DNA of 52,755 nucleotides from an uncultured Victivallales bacterium (GTDB taxonomy: Bacteria; Verrucomicrobiota; Kiritimatiellia; UBA8416): positions 1 through 52,755 of the forward strand of contig CAZZBA010000001.1 of the NCBI GenBank assembly GCA_964652765.1, in the 5' to 3' direction. Of the stretch, positions 44,960 to 52,755 are shown one piece after another; within the stretch, counting starts at the first letter, position 1; every line of letters begins with the position of its first letter. The translations under genes were made by a program, and so were the position numbers. Below the pieces are notes generated by a model that saw nothing but the letters and a program-made list of their open reading frames with translations, ran no database searches and had not been told where the DNA came from.

Positions 44960-46417
44960 ATGATTGAGCAGACGCTATCACAAGACCCTGGATATGATCG
45001 GTTCAGGCAGCAGCAAGTTTCGCATTGGAACAAAGTTTCTGGCGAGATTCCAGATGGTAGCCGGAGAGGTTCCTATTACCATCAATATCTGGCGAAGCTT
45101 TATCGATTCTATATTACGCCCGGTCTGCGCATAATCGAGTTTGGGTGTGGTTCAGGCAATTTGCTGGCTGGATTACGTCCGGCATTTGGTAAAGGTATTG
45201 ATCTTTCACCGGATATGGTCGCCGTTGCACGCAAGCGTCACCCCGATCTCTCGTTTGAAGAGGGGGACGTTTTGACGTATCGGAGCGATGAGCGTTATGA
45301 TGTTGTGATTTTGTCGGATCTGGTAAACTCCCTGTTTGACGTTCAGCGCGCCCTTGAAGTGGCCTGCGAATTGTGTGCGCCGGGGGGGCGGATCATTCTG
45401 AATTATCTTAGTCAAGTGTGGAAGATTCCCCTCAAGTTGGCGGGTGCCCCTGGCGTGTCATCCGCTTTGCCGGAACCGAATTGGCTTACACCTCATGACA
45501 TCCGCAACCTTCTGCATCTTGCGGGTGCCGAACCGGTTCGTGAATCCGTTGAGTTTCTGTTGCCCTTCAATATTCCGTTCATAACTTCGTTTTTTAACCG
45601 CTTTCTGGCAAGATTATGGCCATTTCGGTGTTTTTGTCTGACGCATTTTGTTTCGGCGCGTCCTTTGCCAGATCCTCTTCCTTTGGTCGGTGATGATGCA
45701 CCTTCCGTGACGGTTGTTATTCCTGCGCGCAATGAAGCCGGCAATGTACAGCAGTATTTTCAGCGTGTGCCGCGAATGGGATCGCATACAGAGATAATTA
45801 TCGTGGAGGGAAATTCAACCGATGATACGTTCGCTGTAGCTGAGAAGGAGATTGCGTTACACCCCGAGTGGGATGCGCGTTTGTTCAAGCAACCCGGCAA
45901 AGGCAAGGCGGATGCAGTTCGTGTTGGATTTCAGCATGCAACTAATGATGTTCTGATGATCCTGGATGCCGATTTAACCGTTGTTCCGGAAGATCTGCCT
46001 CGATTCTACAAGGCAATTGTGGAAGGACGGGGCGAATATATAAATGGTGTTCGGCTTGTTTATCCTATGGAAGGCAAGGCGATGCGCTTTATGAATTTGA
46101 TGGGAAACAAGTTCTTCAGTTATGCATTTTCCTGGCTTTTAGGGCAACCGATTCGAGATACGCTTTGCGGGACGAAAGTCATGTGGCGCAAGGATTATGA
46201 GCAGTTAGCTGCCAACCGCTCTTATTTTGGCGACTTTGATCCGTTCGGCGATTACGACCTGATATTCGGAGCGGCCAAGATGGGTTTAAAAATGATTGAT
46301 ATGCCGATCCGGTATCGTGACCGAACGTATGGTGATACTAATATTCATCGCTGGCGTCATGGTATGATTCTTTTACGCATGGTCATCTTTGCGGCACGGC
46401 GCATTAAATTTGTTTAA
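44960..46417 (+). CDS. Fusion of a class I SAM-methyltransferase and a GT2 polyprenyl-phosphate glycosyltransferase (GtrB/DPM1/ArnC-like)
   Basis: MT motif I 'RIIEFGCGSGNLLAGL'. GT2 motifs: 'VTVVIPARNEAGNV...IIIVEGNSTDDT', 'VLMILDADLTV', and 'RDTLCGTKVMWRKDY'. Confidence 0.8.
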   Translation: MIEQTLSQDPGYDRFRQQQVSHWNKVSGEIPDGSRRGSYYHQYLAKLYRFYITPGLRIIEFGCGSGNLLAGLRPAFGKGIDLSPDMVAVARKRHPDLSFEEGDVLTYRSDERYDVVILSDLVNSLFDVQRALEVACELCAPGGRIILNYLSQVWKIPLKLAGAPGVSSALPEPNWLTPHDIRNLLHLAGAEPVRESVEFLLPFNIPFITSFFNRFLARLWPFRCFCLTHFVSARPLPDPLPLVGDDAPSVTVVIPARNEAGNVQQYFQRVPRMGSHTEIIIVEGNSTDDTFAVAEKEIALHPEWDARLFKQPGKGKADAVRVGFQHATNDVLMILDADLTVVPEDLPRFYKAIVEGRGEYINGVRLVYPMEGKAMRFMNLMGNKFFSYAFSWLLGQPIRDTLCGTKVMWRKDYEQLAANRSYFGDFDPFGDYDLIFGAAKMGLKMIDMPIRYRDRTYGDTNIHRWRHGMILLRMVIFAARRIKFV

Positions 46418-46433
46418 GGAACAGGAGCGGTTA

Positions 46434-47204
46434 ATGTCTTGGCTAGCGCATCCCTTGACGTCCGGACTGGATGTTGATGATCCAGAAACGACGATACGTC
46501 GACGGATGATTATTAAACAAAAACGATATTTGTATAAACTCTATTGTGAATGGTATGAACTCATAGAGGCAGCCTTACCGGATGTTGCAGGAGATATCCT
46601 TGAGCTAGGCTCTGGGGCAGGCTTTCTGAAGGAGCGGATGCCTGATGTCATAACAACAGAAGTTTTACCTTTGCCTGGGATTGATGTAACGATCCCGACA
46701 GATGGAACCCTGCCTTTCGAGTCATCGTCACTGCGCGCGATTGTCATGACAGACGTGTTGCACCATATTCCTTGCCCGCGTACGTTTTTCCGGGAATCAT
46801 CTCGGTGTATTTGTCCTGGCGGCGCGATTATTATGATTGAACCATGGATAACAGGTTGGTCACGTTTCATATATACGCATTTGCATAGTGAACCATTTCG
46901 TCCGGAAGCTACAGAATGGGAGTTTCCTGTGCAGGGGCCGCTGTCCGGTGCGAATGGTGCATTGCCCTGGATTATGTTCGAACGCGATCGCGAGAAATTC
47001 GAAAAAGAGTTCCCCGAGTGGAGCATTCGCAAAATAGAACCGATGATGCCCTTCTCCTATCTGCTTTCCGGTGGGGTATCTTGTCGCTTTTCGGCAACTG
47101 GTTGGTCATATCAACCTATCCGTAGGCTGGAGACGATGTTTAAATTATTAGATAATCGGCTTGCTATGTTTGCGCTGATCGTCCTTCATAAAAACCAAGC
47201 ATAA
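46434..47204 (+). CDS. Class I SAM-dependent methyltransferase
   Basis: ATG 46434 lies 6 nt after AGGAG (46423-46427). Motif I 'DILELGSGAGFLKERM' and post-I 'IVMTDVLHHIP'. Confidence 0.75.
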   Translation: MSWLAHPLTSGLDVDDPETTIRRRMIIKQKRYLYKLYCEWYELIEAALPDVAGDILELGSGAGFLKERMPDVITTEVLPLPGIDVTIPTDGTLPFESSSLRAIVMTDVLHHIPCPRTFFRESSRCICPGGAIIMIEPWITGWSRFIYTHLHSEPFRPEATEWEFPVQGPLSGANGALPWIMFERDREKFEKEFPEWSIRKIEPMMPFSYLLSGGVSCRFSATGWSYQPIRRLETMFKLLDNRLAMFALIVLHKNQA

Positions 47205-47319
47205 TGGCACGGCGTGCTTCTTGTGGCTTTGACAACTTGGTCGGATAAATATTCTGATAGCATGGGATTCGGGTTCGGGAGGCTTTCAGGCACCCTGTTC
47301 ATTGTTGATTGAGTGGATT

Positions 47320-48963
47320 ATGCAAGGAAAGCAACGTCTTGATGCCCTGACTTCGCTGCGATTTTTCGCCGCTGCCATGATTGTAATTTACCATTCTGGG
47401 GGATTGTTTGGGCTCAGTAAGACCTCATGTTTTCTATTAGATCAGGGCGTTTCATTTTTCTTTGTGCTTTCTGGTTTTATTTTAGCGTATGTTTATCCAA
47501 AACTGGAGACGTGGGCTGAGATAAGGCGTTTTTGGTGGGCGCGTATCGCACGGATATGGCCTGCATTTTTTGTCAGCTTTCTTATTGCGTTTTGGTTGTT
47601 GTCATTAGACTGGAGTTTCAAAAGAGGCTTAGCGAATCTTTTTATGATCAGTGCGTGGATTCCTTTACCAAGGTATTTCTTTTCATACAACGCACCTGCC
47701 TGGAGTATCTCGACAGAGATGTTTTTTTACTTAGCCTTCCCGTTTCTGATTTACCGATGGGAGAATACCTGGTCAGTAAAATTAGTGACTTCTGGCATTA
47801 TTGTATTGTCGCTAATTCTAGTATCAAAGTTGTTGCACTTACCTTTATATAGTTCTATCAACGACGGATTGACTACTAGTGCTTTAGTATATATACACCC
47901 GTTATCTCGAATATTTGAATTTATTATTGGTATTTTTGTTGCTTTTTACTGGCGTAAACATGTTCCGCATGTCCAATGGAGTGAATTTAGAGCGTCTGTG
48001 TATGAAGTGGGGGTGATTTCTCTTGTTGCCATCTCCATGCATTATTGTCCGTTGGCAAACTGGATAAGTGGAACCTGGCTAGGTTATCCAGCAGCAAAAT
48101 GGTTGTATAGCAGTGGATCAATGCTTGTTTTTGGGCTGTTGATTTATATAATGGCAATCGGACGGGGTCGAATTACTGCTTGGTTGTCTCATCCAACGCT
48201 AGTTCTATTGGGTGAAATAAGCTTTTCGCTCTATTTGTTACACCAAATCCTGTTGATTTACTATCAATCCAACATTTCTAACATTCCGCAAAAATCCAAT
48301 ATCCTTTCTTTGGCGATTTTCTGGGTTATTTTATTACTCGCTTCGTATCTGATGTGGGCTTTAATTGAAATGCCTGCAAGACGTTTGTTACTAGGTCGTG
48401 GAAAGAACGCAATACATGGAACGAAAGTGATGCAAGCATCATGGCATCACCACCTCAATTTGAATCGAAATACACTGTCGGCAGCCGCTGTATTGGTTGG
48501 TTTGCTGGGTTCACTCTATTTTTCGATGGGGAATATGAAGCGTATCAGCCCGTCTGATGCTGATGCAATGACGGCAAGAGAATTTACATCTGTTATAGGA
48601 ACGCATTTTGGTGATTTGTTTGCGCTGCGCGGAATAAAAATAGAGCAGAAAGCTGACGGATTGTATATTGATCTTGCGTGGGAAAGCCTTGTTGAGCAAA
48701 TGTTGACTTATACCAATGGAATTCATCTTACTGATGCAGCTGGAAATATCCTTGTTCAAGCAGACTATAAACAGCCGATGCTCAGATTGAAAGTGAGGCA
48801 AGGAACAATCTGGAAAGATTCAATTGTCATACTTAAGAACAAACTAACCGGTGGAGAAAGGAAATTAGCGATAGCCTTATTTAAAGGACGTGATTTGTTG
48901 CTCGTGACTCAAGGTGAGCGGGATTGGGATAACCATCGGCTGATTATCAGTTTAGAGAAATAA
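47320..48963 (+). CDS. Acyltransferase family 3 (OafA/YrhL-type O-acyltransferase) with a non-SGNH C-terminal domain
   Basis: 'RLDALTSLRFFAAAMIVIYHSGG' carries the AT3 Arg/His motif. There are about 10 TM helices, then an extra TM helix and a soluble tail of about 130 aa. Confidence 0.85.
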   Translation: MQGKQRLDALTSLRFFAAAMIVIYHSGGLFGLSKTSCFLLDQGVSFFFVLSGFILAYVYPKLETWAEIRRFWWARIARIWPAFFVSFLIAFWLLSLDWSFKRGLANLFMISAWIPLPRYFFSYNAPAWSISTEMFFYLAFPFLIYRWENTWSVKLVTSGIIVLSLILVSKLLHLPLYSSINDGLTTSALVYIHPLSRIFEFIIGIFVAFYWRKHVPHVQWSEFRASVYEVGVISLVAISMHYCPLANWISGTWLGYPAAKWLYSSGSMLVFGLLIYIMAIGRGRITAWLSHPTLVLLGEISFSLYLLHQILLIYYQSNISNIPQKSNILSLAIFWVILLLASYLMWALIEMPARRLLLGRGKNAIHGTKVMQASWHHHLNLNRNTLSAAAVLVGLLGSLYFSMGNMKRISPSDADAMTAREFTSVIGTHFGDLFALRGIKIEQKADGLYIDLAWESLVEQMLTYTNGIHLTDAAGNILVQADYKQPMLRLKVRQGTIWKDSIVILKNKLTGGERKLAIALFKGRDLLLVTQGERDWDNHRLIISLEK

Positions 48964-49083
48964 TAGCATCGGATAATCTGCTCGCAGAATCCAACGATCA
49001 AGTGTAAGGTTGTAAACAGGTTGAATGATTATTAGTGTTTTAGCAGGATGTGATTCACTCAATATTGGTAGGGGGACCTCACT

Positions 49084-52000
49084 ATGAAAAGAAATAGTAA
49101 TTGGGTTGTTCTGTTCGCTCTGTTGCTTGGCACGATCACGCTATTTCTACGCATGGCATCGGACCCGGCTGAAACAAATCGAGTTTCACTCGAAGAGCCT
49201 CAACAGTCGCTAGAAGCGGGCGGAGGTGGAACCAGAACCAGACCGGGGGTGCCAGAGCCCCCCCATGCTGAAGATGTGTCAGGTGTGGGCGGTCATTTGC
49301 TTCCCGTAGCTACCGAATCACAGGAGAGTGCTGCGGTTGATGCGACCGATCCTGAGGAGGGGAGCCGTGCTGATCGCGAACGGGCGAGCGCTTCACGGAA
49401 AACCGCACTGATCCCCGGCAATGGCTCTGATGATAAACGCACTCAGGAACCCGAAATTAGCGCGGCGGATATTCTCGCCAATGCGGATATGCAGAATCCC
49501 GCCGTGCGCGCACAAGTCGTTGCGCAATTGCACGAGCGATCCGAGCAGCGTCGAGCGTCGGCAGAGGCCCGCGCGAATGCACTTGGCATACCGGTTCGCA
49601 TGGAAACGCCGGAAGGGCAGGTTGTTGAGCTGCAGGGGTTTGATGGCGATCATCCCCTCTACTATACGACGCTCAACCGCAATGCGGCGATATCTGCGGC
49701 AGTTCCGGCGCTCCGTGCGGCGCCTTATTCCTTGAATGGTGCGCAGATGCCTGTCGGGATCTGGGATGCGGGCTCCGTGCGCAGTACCCATCAGGAACTC
49801 AGTGGGCGCGTAAATCTGATGAATAGCGGAACCGCACTGGACGACCACGCGACCCATGTGGCCGGTACGATTGCTGCCGCAGGCGTGCAGGCGCAAGCGC
49901 GCGGCATGGCTCCTGCCGCCGTGATATATTCCCTCGACTGGAATAACGATCTGGCGGAAATGGCCGCCGCGGGTGCCGCGACGGCGGATGATACCGACCG
50001 TCTTCCCATTTCCAATCATTCGTATGGATTGATAACAGGTTATATGCCGGTCTCTGCAACGCGCTGGCGCTGGCTTGGCCAAGGCCAGGGTACGAATGAT
50101 ATGGACCAGAATTTCGGCCGGTATCATTCGAGCGCAAGCGATTGGGATGCGCTGGCCTATAGTCTACCCTATTACAGTATTTTCCAGGCTGCAGGCAATG
50201 ACCGTACCGATAACCCGTCGCCTGGCGACCGGGTTGATAATTCCCTAGGCATTTTCCGTTACAATTTCGATCCGGCTGTGCACCCCGGCGGCGATGGGGT
50301 CTACCGTGGCGGCTACGAGAATATCAGTTACGCCGCGCTGGCGAAGAACGTGATCACGGTGGGGGCGGTCGACGACGCTGTCAGTGGGGGGGTGCGTTCG
50401 CTGGCGGACACCGGCATGAGCAGCTTCTCTTCCTGGGGACCCACGGATGACGGGCGTATCAAGCCGGATCTCGTTGCCAATGGCGTAGAATTGTATTCCT
50501 CGGTGTCCCAGGGCGATACGGCCTACAGCACGTACTCCGGAACCAGTATGGCAACCCCCTCTGCCGTCGGGGCCGCCACGCTCTTGATCGAGTTGTACCG
50601 GCGTGAATTTGCGGATCGCTTGATGCCCGCGAGTTTGCTGCGGGCACTGCTGGTGCATACGGCGGATGACCTAGGCACGCCGGGGCCCGATTACAGCTAC
50701 GGGTGGGGATTGATCAATGTGGAACGTGCCGCCGCCCTGATCATGGACCATGTCCAGAATGCCGGAAGTCCACGCTTGATCACAAGTGAGATTACCGCGA
50801 GTGCAACCTCTTTCTCCTACGCATTTGCCTGGAATGGCTCCGATCCGATCCGGGCTACGTTGAGCTGGACGGATCCTGCAGGGGCAGCGCAAACCACGCC
50901 CGATAGCCGCACACCCGTGCTGGTGCATGATCTGAATGTCGCGGTCGTTGGGCCGACCGGCGTCCGCTACCTGCCTTATGTCATGCCGTTTGTCGGAACC
51001 TGGACCATACCGTCCCTGTCGCAGCCCGCCATATCGGGTACAAACCGCGTGGATATTCTAGAGCAGGTGTTGATCGCGAATCCGGCCGTGCCGGGCACCT
51101 ATACGGTTCAGGTTTCGCTCTCTGGCAGCCTGACGCGCAGTACACAACCCTTCTCGCTGGTGGTGTCGGGGGCCATTTCCGCCTCCGGGGAGACGCGGGT
51201 CCTTGATCTGCAAGGCGATTTGCTGTTTGGATCCTTGGCGGTCGGTGCCACGGCGGCCCGCTCGATGACGATTCGCAATATTGGCAATACCCCTTTGGAG
51301 GTCATAGGCGTGGAGGTACCGGCAGGGTTTACCGCCGCCTGGTCGGGAATATTGGCGCCCGGTGCTAGTCAAGAGGTGACCGTGCAATTCAGCCCGTCGG
51401 CGGCGGTCTCGTACGATGGCGAGCTACGAGTGCTGTCTGATGCCTCTGCCGGTGTCGATACATTACCGCTATCCGGCAGGGGGGTGGCGGATGTTATCTC
51501 CCTCACAAACGGTGTTCCGGTTCCCGGTTTGTTCGCCGCGCAAGGCAATGAACAGTACTTTGTCTTGGCGGTGCCACCGGGACAGGAGCGCCTTGATATG
51601 TCGATTGCTGGAGGCAACGGAGGTGATGCAGATCTCTACGTGCGCCACGGACAACTCCCCACCACCAGTCAATGGGACTATCGGCCCTATCTTGCTGGCA
51701 GCAAGGAGGCCGTAGGAGTGGAAAACCCCGCTGCTGGCGATTGGTGCGTGATGGTTAGAGCTTATTCCAGTTATGCGAATGTGACCTTGACGGCCACTTA
51801 TGCCCCCCCCGCTACGCCGACGCGGATTCTGCGACTCGGAGGAACGCTGTCCTACGGGAATATTCCGGTGGGGGACCGTGTGGTCCGGACCGTAACGCTG
51901 CGCAACGAGGGTAGTGAAACCTTGGCGGTTACGGGTATCCAGCTGCCAGTTGGCTTCGAAGGTGACTGGGCGGGTAGTATCCCGTCCGGCGGAACCCAGG

Positions 52001-52755
52001 GGGTCGATATCGCATTCGCGCCTTTGCTGGAGCAATCGTATGCGGGGCAAATGACGGTATCCTCGGACAAGACATCCGGCGACGAAGGGCTACGGGTAAG
52101 CGGGAACGGCGTGAGTAGCTGCATACCGCTTCAGAATGGCGTGGAGGTCGGTCCGTTCAATGGGGTCGTCGGCGGCACAACGTTCTTCTACATCGATGTG
52201 CCCGCCGGTCAGCATTCCCTGGAGGTGCGATTGGATAACGGAGGGGAAGGGGAGCCCGACCTGTACGTTCGTCGAGGCGCGGCACCATCCCTGGATGTCT
52301 TCGATAACCGTGCCTGGCAAGATGATCCGCGTGTCTTGCTAATCGATACCCCTGAGAGCGGCCGATGGTATATCATGCTGCATGGTGTGATCCAGTATTC
52401 GGGAGCACGTCTGGTAGCCCGGTATCAAACGGAAGATGGGGCAGATAGGGTGATCCGGTTGGAACCGCCCCTTGATTTTGGCGTGGTTCGCGTCAACGAA
52501 ACCGCGGTTCGCACCTTCAATATCCATAATGACGGAACGGCCCCCCTGAACGTATCGGGGGTCACGTACCCGGACGGCTTTTCGGGAGCGGTCAATGCCT
52601 CCATTCCTTCCGGTTCTGTCTACCAGGTGCAGGTCACGTTCTCTCCCGCGACCCCCGGATTGTATGACGGGGTCTTGACGGTCCAGTCAGACGCCACCAG
52701 CGGCACAAATACGATAGCGTGTTCAGGCGAGGGGGTGATAACGTATGCTGTCACT
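49084..52755 (+). CDS. Subtilisin-family (S8) serine peptidase with repeated beta-sandwich / pre-peptidase C-terminal (PPC) modules; 5' partial, runs off the window end
   Basis: It is absent from the ORF track because it has no stop codon in the window. I translated frame 1 from ATG 49084 to 52755 by hand and saw no stop.
- Signal or anchor sequence: MKRNSNWVVLFALLLGTITLFL.
- Catalytic triad contexts: 'VGIWDAG' (Asp, 49765), 'DDHATHVAGTIAA' (His, 49846), and 'GTSMATPSAVGAA' (Ser, 50545).
- At least three alternating modules follow. Confidence 0.85.
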   Translation, partial: MKRNSNWVVLFALLLGTITLFLRMASDPAETNRVSLEEPQQSLEAGGGGTRTRPGVPEPPHAEDVSGVGGHLLPVATESQESAAVDATDPEEGSRADRERASASRKTALIPGNGSDDKRTQEPEISAADILANADMQNPAVRAQVVAQLHERSEQRRASAEARANALGIPVRMETPEGQVVELQGFDGDHPLYYTTLNRNAAISAAVPALRAAPYSLNGAQMPVGIWDAGSVRSTHQELSGRVNLMNSGTALDDHATHVAGTIAAAGVQAQARGMAPAAVIYSLDWNNDLAEMAAAGAATADDTDRLPISNHSYGLITGYMPVSATRWRWLGQGQGTNDMDQNFGRYHSSASDWDALAYSLPYYSIFQAAGNDRTDNPSPGDRVDNSLGIFRYNFDPAVHPGGDGVYRGGYENISYAALAKNVITVGAVDDAVSGGVRSLADTGMSSFSSWGPTDDGRIKPDLVANGVELYSSVSQGDTAYSTYSGTSMATPSAVGAATLLIELYRREFADRLMPASLLRALLVHTADDLGTPGPDYSYGWGLINVERAAALIMDHVQNAGSPRLITSEITASATSFSYAFAWNGSDPIRATLSWTDPAGAAQTTPDSRTPVLVHDLNVAVVGPTGVRYLPYVMPFVGTWTIPSLSQPAISGTNRVDILEQVLIANPAVPGTYTVQVSLSGSLTRSTQPFSLVVSGAISASGETRVLDLQGDLLFGSLAVGATAARSMTIRNIGNTPLEVIGVEVPAGFTAAWSGILAPGASQEVTVQFSPSAAVSYDGELRVLSDASAGVDTLPLSGRGVADVISLTNGVPVPGLFAAQGNEQYFVLAVPPGQERLDMSIAGGNGGDADLYVRHGQLPTTSQWDYRPYLAGSKEAVGVENPAAGDWCVMVRAYSSYANVTLTATYAPPATPTRILRLGGTLSYGNIPVGDRVVRTVTLRNEGSETLAVTGIQLPVGFEGDWAGSIPSGGTQGVDIAFAPLLEQSYAGQMTVSSDKTSGDEGLRVSGNGVSSCIPLQNGVEVGPFNGVVGGTTFFYIDVPAGQHSLEVRLDNGGEGEPDLYVRRGAAPSLDVFDNRAWQDDPRVLLIDTPESGRWYIMLHGVIQYSGARLVARYQTEDGADRVIRLEPPLDFGVVRVNETAVRTFNIHNDGTAPLNVSGVTYPDGFSGAVNASIPSGSVYQVQVTFSPATPGLYDGVLTVQSDATSGTNTIACSGEGVITYAVT

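Noticed and set aside
49393-52527. Minus-strand ORFs listed by the track in the last 3.7 kb, e.g. 49393-50127 and 51469-52050.
   Set aside because: The plus-strand frame 1 is open across the entire region and encodes a clear S8 catalytic triad plus repeat modules. The minus-strand ORFs are shadows.
1-52755. Scan for rRNA, tRNA, CRISPR arrays, IS/transposase or integrase genes, toxin-antitoxin or defence-system genes, and exosortase/PEP-CTERM markers.
   Set aside because: - The non-coding gaps are short (43-324 nt) and show no cloverleaf-like or repeat-spacer structure.
- No ORF has transposase, integrase, nuclease or exosortase motifs that I can recognise.
- The only tandem repeat found is the coding 21-bp heptad repeat.

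Overview
High-GC bacterial DNA of diderm type, with two clearly lower-GC insets. Nearly the whole window is one envelope glycan and lipid biosynthesis super-locus.

Gene order, left to right:
- 1-767: 3' end of a surface-protein-like ORF.
- 1003-2619: a secreted clan GH-A-like hydrolase.
- 2616-16139: a Wzx/Wzy-type exopolysaccharide locus.
  - Minus strand: phosphoglycosyl transferase, membrane GT2, an internally deleted GT4 remnant, and a GT4.
  - Plus strand: sulfotransferase, Wza-like OPX lipoprotein, Wzc/GumC-like co-polymerase with a degenerate kinase domain, Wzy/O-antigen-ligase-like protein, GT4, NodB-type deacetylase, and a MurJ/MOP flippase.
- 16183-31779 (minus strand): one uninterrupted 15.6-kb ORF encoding a hybrid FAAL-ACP-(KS-AT-KR-ACP)x2-C-A-PCP megasynthase. 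It ends in a GNAT-like domain instead of a thioesterase or reductase.
- 31900-34034: divergent from the megasynthase, an Sfp-type PPTase and an acyl-CoA dehydrogenase.
- 34099-48963: a translationally coupled, lower-GC, ABC-transporter-dependent glycan locus.
  - Wzm, and Wzt with a C-terminal carbohydrate-binding-like domain.
  - A WbdD-like methyltransferase-sulfotransferase-coiled-coil protein carrying a 4 x 21-bp heptad repeat.
  - A 1,2xx-aa GT4-GT2-GT4 polymerase-like protein.
  - An epimerase, a GT-C-like membrane protein, a methyltransferase-GtrB-like fusion, a methyltransferase, and an AT3 O-acyltransferase.
- 49084 to the window end: an S8 peptidase with alternating beta-sandwich and PPC modules. 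The ORF track misses it because it has no stop codon in the window.

I recognised no rRNA, tRNA, CRISPR array or transposase.

The best candidate for something new is the FAAL-PKS-NRPS(Gly)-GNAT synthetase embedded between two glycan export pathways. I predict it makes a 3,5-dihydroxyacyl-glycyl unit that is off-loaded by acyl transfer. The second candidate is a sulfotransferase-bearing chain terminator or ruler in the ABC-dependent pathway.

All calls come from manual motif reading; no database search was possible.
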